A stretch of 29,125 nt of DNA. It comes from an uncultured virus (IMG/VR IMGVR_UViG_3300022663_000092) (taxonomy: Duplodnaviria > Heunggongvirae > Uroviricota > Caudoviricetes). Both the position numbers and the translations under genes were made by a program. Numbering within the stretch: the first letter of the stretch is position 1; each line of letters opens with the position of its first letter. The stretch lies in the IMG/VR virus record IMGVR_UViG_3300022663_000092, positions 62,001-91,125 of that record, one strand, 5' to 3'. This document shows positions 24,178 to 29,125 of this stretch, in pieces. The notes under the pieces were generated by a model that was given only the letters and a program-made list of their open reading frames with translations, ran no database searches and was not told where the DNA came from.

Positions 24178-24624
24178 TCACGGCAACGAGTTCTTCTGCA
24201 CCGTTCGTTCGCTGGACTTGCCCTCGACCTTGACCTTCACGAAGTCGCCGCGGGATGCAATCGAGGTCGGCTGCGCCCCGAACCGCACGTCCTTGTAGGT
24301 CAGGATGAGGGTGTCGCCGTTCGAGTAGAAGTCGGTTCGCACGACGTTGAACACCACGTCGGGCGTCTTGCGTTGTGCCCGGTCGATGATGGCGGTCTGG
24401 AAGTCGACCCACGCCGCCTGAGTGACCTGGAACTCCAGATCCATCGAGTACCCGCGCAGAATGTCGTCGAACCGGTCGACGGGCTCACCGAGGAACCCGT
24501 CCTGCTTCGTTTCGAGCATGACCGAATCGTTGAACGAACCGATGGCCGCGATCGTTGTCAGCGGTTGACCCGCCTGCACCAACCGAATCTCGACCTCTTG
24601 ACCCTTGAGTCTTGCGTCGGCCAT
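24178..24624 (-). CDS. tail tube protein (148 aa)
   Basis: Size, position directly after the sheath gene, AAGGAGG SD and beta-strand pattern. Confidence 0.8.
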   Translation of the reverse strand: MADARLKGQEVEIRLVQAGQPLTTIAAIGSFNDSVMLETKQDGFLGEPVDRFDDILRGYSMDLEFQVTQAAWVDFQTAIIDRAQRKTPDVVFNVVRTDFYSNGDTLILTYKDVRFGAQPTSIASRGDFVKVKVEGKSSERTVQKNSLP

Positions 24625-24636
24625 GACCGCGCCTCC

Positions 24637-27522
24637 TTACGCCGCCTGAGAGATGTTGACCGTTTCGCCGACCTGCGTGTCAAGCACGATGACGTCCATC
24701 GACGGCAACGTGCGAACCCGCAGGATGATGCGGAACAGCCCCGCGGCAAGCGTCTCGGGCGTGTTCCCGCTGATGGCGTCGATGAGGTAACCCTCGATGC
24801 GCTGGTTCGCGGGGTTCGCGTCGCCCCGCAACGTCGACATGAACGAATCGATCTCGCCGACGATGAGCGCCCGGCGCACCCGCGTCGCAAGCTGCTTGCT
24901 GAAGGCGTTGAGCCGCAGGCTGAGGGTGTCCGTGATGAAGTCGGCCATGCGTTGCCGGTTGATGTTCTTGAGGTTCGGGTTGACCAGCGGGTCGACCGAC
25001 GTGACACCGGACTGGATGATGGCGACCCCCTGCTCCATTCGGAGCGACGCGATACCGGCCGCCTTGAACGCCCGATAGTCGCCGATCGCGAGGTTCTGCA
25101 CGTCGGCGTTGCCCGTTTCGACCGACAGAATCTCACTCATGAAGTCGGTCGCCTGCCCCGGATTCTCCTCGGGCGGAAGCTGCGACAGCACCGACGACAC
25201 CCACAGGTCGAACCCGACATCGATCTGCCCGTCGGCCGTGAATCCCGGCCCACCGGCCGTTCCGACCGCCGCGATCTGCGGCACGTAGATGTGAGCGCCG
25301 GGGTAGCAGTACACGACCCGACCGTGCCGATATGCACCGACGCCGGGCTGCGCCGCGATCGACTTCGCCGCAGCACGGGTCGTCTTGAGCGGCGGCCGGA
25401 TGACAGCCATGCGGCCGAAGCACCCCTCCGACGAGGCCTCGATGACGTTCGTGCGAAGCGCCGTTCGGATGGCGTTCGACTGCCGTGCCGATGCGATGAC
25501 GTTCGTCTGCCGCACGATGCTCGACAGGTTCTTCGTCGTGTCGAGCGCCGCCACGTACTTCGCGTCGAGCTGCGGCTCGGTGAGCGCGGCCGCGAGCGCG
25601 AACGGGTTGATGACCGCGAACGCACCGACGGTCTGGATCGGGAACGGCAACACCGTCACCGACCCCGCACCCGCACCCGCCGTCAACGTGTCGTCGGTCG
25701 ACGGCCGCACCTTGATGCTGTACGGGCCGGGGTTGTCGGCCGTGACCGCGGTGGTCTGCGCCGTCACCCATTCGGTGCCGACGCCATCGCGCACTCGCGT
25801 GCCCGCGGGAATCGCACCGTCGACGCCGACTGCGGCATCGGCACTCTGCCCGGCCGTGAACCCGAGCGCAGTTGCCGTCGTTGCCGTCACGTCGAGCGTT
25901 CCGGTCAACGGGGTCGCTGTGTTCGCCATGAGCAACTTGTTGGTCGCCGAGTCGCGCGTCACGTTGACCGCGGGGTTGGCCGCGTTGATGACCGCATCGA
26001 CCTCGGCCGATGACACGGCGTCGATGTTGCCGACGTTGCCCGTGCCGTTGACGACCGTGGGTGCGCCCGTCGTGCCGTTGTGCACGAGCAGATCGAAGCC
26101 GGGAATCGCCGCGACACCCGTGCCGCCGGTGAACTGCACGCCGTTCGGGGCCGGGCCGGGCGTGTTCGTCTCCCACCGCACCCGCGTGCCGCCGAGGTTG
26201 ACACCCGTCGACCCCGCCGTGCCGCCGATGAACGTCGCCGTGAGCAGCCCTGCGAACTCGGCCGCCGTCACAGCATACACGTCGGCGACATTGTTCGGGC
26301 CAGGGTTGACCAGTGCAGCAGGCGCGAGCCCGAGCGACACGAGCACCGCGGGCGTGCCCGCGACGATTGCGCCACCCGCGCTGCTGCCCTTGCGATCGGT
26401 GCGAATCTCGACCTGACCACCGCTGTCGAGCGCCGCACCACCCGTGAGCTGCCCGTTGATGGTGTTGAGGAACGCGGCTTGCGTCGCTTCGAGGCCGGTG
26501 AAGATGATGGTCTGGTTGCCGGGGATTCCGTTGATCTGCACCACGAGGATGTCGCCCGGCAGCACAGCGGCATAGGTCGCCGCGGCACCCGTGATGCTCG
26601 CCGGGGTTGCATCGATCGTGAGCGTGTCGGCGATTGCTTGGTTGTCGACCTTGCCGATGAACGTATCGCCCGGTACGAGCGCGACCGGGAACGAAGCGGC
26701 GTTCGAGGTCTCCGAGCCCTTCGTGCCCGACAACGACAGCCCGAGCTTCGCGAGCACGCCCGCGGGTACTTCGCTGACAATCCGCACCTCGCCGTCGGTG
26801 CCGCGCACACGACCGGTGAGCCGGATCGCACCACCGAAGTTGCTCGCGAACGTGAACCCCGCCGTCTGGTTGATGCGGCTGATGGCATCGGCGATGGTCA
26901 CGTCAGTCGCGAGGAACGTGACCGTGAAGTCCGTCTCGGCATCGTAGCCGATCGTGATGGTGTCGCCGTCGGCGAGCGCCCCGACGAACGCACCGCCCGT
27001 GAGCACCGCGGCCGTCGCGTTGAACGTCGCGACGAGCGGACCGCCGCCAACGTCGGTCGTGATGAACTGCCCCGGTTCGAGGTCGAACGAGAAGTCGCTT
27101 GCACCGAGCAGCCACGCGAGTCGCCGGAACTCGACGGCACCCACCGACGTGTCGACCCGCACGACGTTGAGCTGGCGGAACCGCTTCTTGGTCAGGCCGA
27201 CGAACCCGTTGCCGTTCCAGTACTCGGGCGTGATGGCACCGTCGGCCTTGCGCGTTCGGGCGCACGGATTGTTCGACGGCGTGCCGTCGTACACGAACCC
27301 AAACCCGCCGAACGCCGAGAGGAAGTCGGCCGACGATGCGACCTGATAGGGCGTCTCGAACGGCCCATCCTCGAACTCGGCGATGAGCGTCACCATGCCC
27401 GTGCCGACCCCGGTCAACTGCGCCGGTGGTTCGCGATCGATGATGACGACACCCTCGATCGCAAGCAGTTCTTCCATACCGGGGTCGAACGTGAATCGTC
27501 GAATGAACCCTGCGCCTGCCAT
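24637..27522 (-). CDS. contractile tail sheath protein (961 aa)
   Basis: N-term GVVIIDRE..GPFETPYQVASSADFLSAFGG; C-term INRQRMADFI...FMSTL...IEGYLID...GLFRIILRVRTLPSMDVIVL are sheath signatures; GGAGG before ATG 27522. Confidence 0.88.
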   Translation of the reverse strand: MAGAGFIRRFTFDPGMEELLAIEGVVIIDREPPAQLTGVGTGMVTLIAEFEDGPFETPYQVASSADFLSAFGGFGFVYDGTPSNNPCARTRKADGAITPEYWNGNGFVGLTKKRFRQLNVVRVDTSVGAVEFRRLAWLLGASDFSFDLEPGQFITTDVGGGPLVATFNATAAVLTGGAFVGALADGDTITIGYDAETDFTVTFLATDVTIADAISRINQTAGFTFASNFGGAIRLTGRVRGTDGEVRIVSEVPAGVLAKLGLSLSGTKGSETSNAASFPVALVPGDTFIGKVDNQAIADTLTIDATPASITGAAATYAAVLPGDILVVQINGIPGNQTIIFTGLEATQAAFLNTINGQLTGGAALDSGGQVEIRTDRKGSSAGGAIVAGTPAVLVSLGLAPAALVNPGPNNVADVYAVTAAEFAGLLTATFIGGTAGSTGVNLGGTRVRWETNTPGPAPNGVQFTGGTGVAAIPGFDLLVHNGTTGAPTVVNGTGNVGNIDAVSSAEVDAVINAANPAVNVTRDSATNKLLMANTATPLTGTLDVTATTATALGFTAGQSADAAVGVDGAIPAGTRVRDGVGTEWVTAQTTAVTADNPGPYSIKVRPSTDDTLTAGAGAGSVTVLPFPIQTVGAFAVINPFALAAALTEPQLDAKYVAALDTTKNLSSIVRQTNVIASARQSNAIRTALRTNVIEASSEGCFGRMAVIRPPLKTTRAAAKSIAAQPGVGAYRHGRVVYCYPGAHIYVPQIAAVGTAGGPGFTADGQIDVGFDLWVSSVLSQLPPEENPGQATDFMSEILSVETGNADVQNLAIGDYRAFKAAGIASLRMEQGVAIIQSGVTSVDPLVNPNLKNINRQRMADFITDTLSLRLNAFSKQLATRVRRALIVGEIDSFMSTLRGDANPANQRIEGYLIDAISGNTPETLAAGLFRIILRVRTLPSMDVIVLDTQVGETVNISQAA

Positions 27523-27588
27523 GGTGCCTCCAATGCGGTGCCGATGTTGGGGATGCTGCCATGCCCCGCCCGGCACGTCTAGTGCCCG

Positions 27589-28338
27589 CTAGGGGCCGTT
27601 CACTTCCACCTCCGCTACCTCGACCGACACCGACACGTCCACGCCGACGTTGCACGCCGCAAGGTCGACACCGACCGACTTGAACCCGACCGCGTTGATG
27701 AGCTGCACCTCGGCAACCCGCATCCCCACGAACAGGTGCCCGCGTCGACGCCCGCGCACCACGTCGGGGTCGTCAATGTGCTGCTGCCCGCTCAGCCAGA
27801 ACTCGCACACCCGGTCGTAGTATTCGGGGAGCTTGATGCGGGTCGAGTACGAATCGTCAGCCGACCGGAGGGCCGCCGATATGCCCGCGATGAGCGCGCG
27901 ACGTTCGGCCCGTTGCGATCCCCACACCTCGACCGTGAAGTCCTCCGTGTACTCGCCTTGCTGCACGAGCACCGTGTCGGCCCCGTACACGTTCCAGGTG
28001 TCCTCCAACACCTTCGGCGGGCCGAGCCCGATCGGTTCCGACGTGCCGCGGCCGGGTAGGATGGCGATGCCGGGAAACTTCAACTCCTTCACGTTGTCGG
28101 GCTGCTCGATGTGGATGTTCTCGGCGGGCACCCGGAACTCGATCGTCTGCCCCGGTGCGTTGCCCGGCCGCCGGAACCGCAGCAACGACATGAACTGCCG
28201 GAACCGGCGCAGCACGATCGTTCGGGTGTCGGTCGCCGGTAGCGGCTTCTCGGCACGCACCGGCCACACCCGCCCATAGGGCGAGGTCACGAGGTCGAAC
28301 GCTTCGTGCGCGATGAGTCCTTCGTCGGCCATGCCCAT
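27589..28338 (-). CDS. putative tail terminator/completion protein (start 28338 or 28332)
   Basis: Immediately upstream of the sheath; FPGIAI and FTVEVWG patterns are typical of this fold. Confidence 0.55.
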   Translation of the reverse strand: MGMADEGLIAHEAFDLVTSPYGRVWPVRAEKPLPATDTRTIVLRRFRQFMSLLRFRRPGNAPGQTIEFRVPAENIHIEQPDNVKELKFPGIAILPGRGTSEPIGLGPPKVLEDTWNVYGADTVLVQQGEYTEDFTVEVWGSQRAERRALIAGISAALRSADDSYSTRIKLPEYYDRVCEFWLSGQQHIDDPDVVRGRRRGHLFVGMRVAEVQLINAVGFKSVGVDLAACNVGVDVSVSVEVAEVEVNGP

Positions 28339-28341
28339 AGG

Positions 28342-28845
28342 CTACAGCCGTTGAAGCTCCCGCGCGACCTCCTCGCGAACGAACCGCGGAACGTGCTTTT
28401 CCGTCGCTTCCTTGAGGATGCCGAACCCCTGCCCGCCGTTGAAGATACCCCGGTTGCGCATCAACCGGGCGATGGCCCACGCATGCGCAACCGCATCCTC
28501 GGCCGTCGCGAGCCCCTTGCGCACGGCCCACTCGCTGAGCATGCGGATCATGCGGGCACCAACTTTGACGTTCTTGACCCCGTACTCGATGAACGCCGCG
28601 TGAGTTTCGAGGTTCTCGATGACCGCCCCGTCCTCGGTCGGTCGCGCACGCCACCCGCCGAGATACCCCGACGCCGCGCGGTCGACGGGCTTCGGGCTGC
28701 GCGTGGGGATGATGCGCAACACGATCTCCTGTTGCGTCCGCTGGGCCGCCGACAGCAACCCGCGCATCGCCGCCTTCCGCATGTCGCCCTGCACCTTCTC
28801 GAAGTGCCCGGCAACTTGGTCGAGGCGTAGCGTGTAGGTCGTCAT
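28342..28845 (-). CDS. HK97 gp10-like neck/tail completion protein (167 aa)
   Basis: PVDRAASGYLGGW and HAAFIEYGV motifs; ATG 28845 overlaps the upstream stop (ATGA). Confidence 0.7.
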   Translation of the reverse strand: MTTYTLRLDQVAGHFEKVQGDMRKAAMRGLLSAAQRTQQEIVLRIIPTRSPKPVDRAASGYLGGWRARPTEDGAVIENLETHAAFIEYGVKNVKVGARMIRMLSEWAVRKGLATAEDAVAHAWAIARLMRNRGIFNGGQGFGILKEATEKHVPRFVREEVARELQRL

Positions 28846-29123
28846 CGGTCGTCGGGGTCGATGCCGTACTGGCTGCGGCCTTGCCGATCCATGTCTTCGC
28901 TCATGCGTTCGAGCAACACCGACCAGCACACGTCGCCCTCGCGCCGGTCGGGTTGCGCCATGAGCCGATACCGCGCACGCATCGGCGGGTTGTCGCCGCG
29001 GCCATCCTCGACGACCTCCCAGAAGAAGTCGGTCGGTTCCTCGATCTTGGCCCCTCGCGGTTGACCGGGCACCGCCCGGCCCATGAGCTGGTCGGCCGTG
29101 TAGGTTACGGCAATCTTGTCGAT
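28842..29123 (-). CDS. putative head-tail joining protein, partial (5' end outside the window)
   Basis: Frame is open to the window edge (IDKIAVTYTADQLMGR...); function inferred from position only. Confidence 0.5.
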   Translation of the reverse strand: MDKIAVTYTADQLMGRAVPGQPRGAKIEEPTDFFWEVVEDGRGDNPPMRARYRLMAQPDRREGDVCWSVLLERMSEDMDRQGRSQYGIDPDDR

Positions 29124-29125
29124 CC

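Noticed and set aside
28339..28344. TAGCCT-N6-ATG(28332) as a sixth leaderless promoter
   Set aside because: The TAG is the upstream gene's stop codon and no -35 is evident, so the match may be coincidental; not listed as a feature.
7209..29125. Tail module as an eCIS or tailocin rather than a phage
   Set aside because: HK97 gp10-like neck gene, frameshifted chaperone and adjacent replication helicases point to a phage; no eCIS AAA+ ATPase seen. Capsid genes are outside the window, so this is not fully excluded.

Overview
High-GC segment of a contractile-tailed (myovirus-like) phage or prophage, with nearly all genes on the minus strand. Reading from the right end: partial head-tail joining gene, HK97 gp10-like gene, putative tail terminator, a large 961-aa tail sheath, tail tube, tail assembly chaperone pair with a T-TTT-TTC -1 frameshift, tape measure, an inserted Cys-rich protein, tube-initiator/LysM, hub, spike, accessory baseplate genes, gp25/W-like, gpJ-like and second wedge proteins, a fibre-like protein, an XRE-HTH/beta-propeller fusion, holin-like genes, an oppositely oriented NlpC/P60-like peptidase, then a replication operon (SF2 helicase, Zn-ribbon protein, DnaB-like helicase). 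The most striking unexplained signal is a perfect 20-bp palindrome, ACGGATGATCGATCATCCGT, present in five exact copies. Three copies lie 41-44 nt upstream of apparently leaderless TANNCT-N6-ATG starts, suggesting a phage-wide operator/activator network. Product calls rest on motifs and gene order read by eye; no database searches were run.
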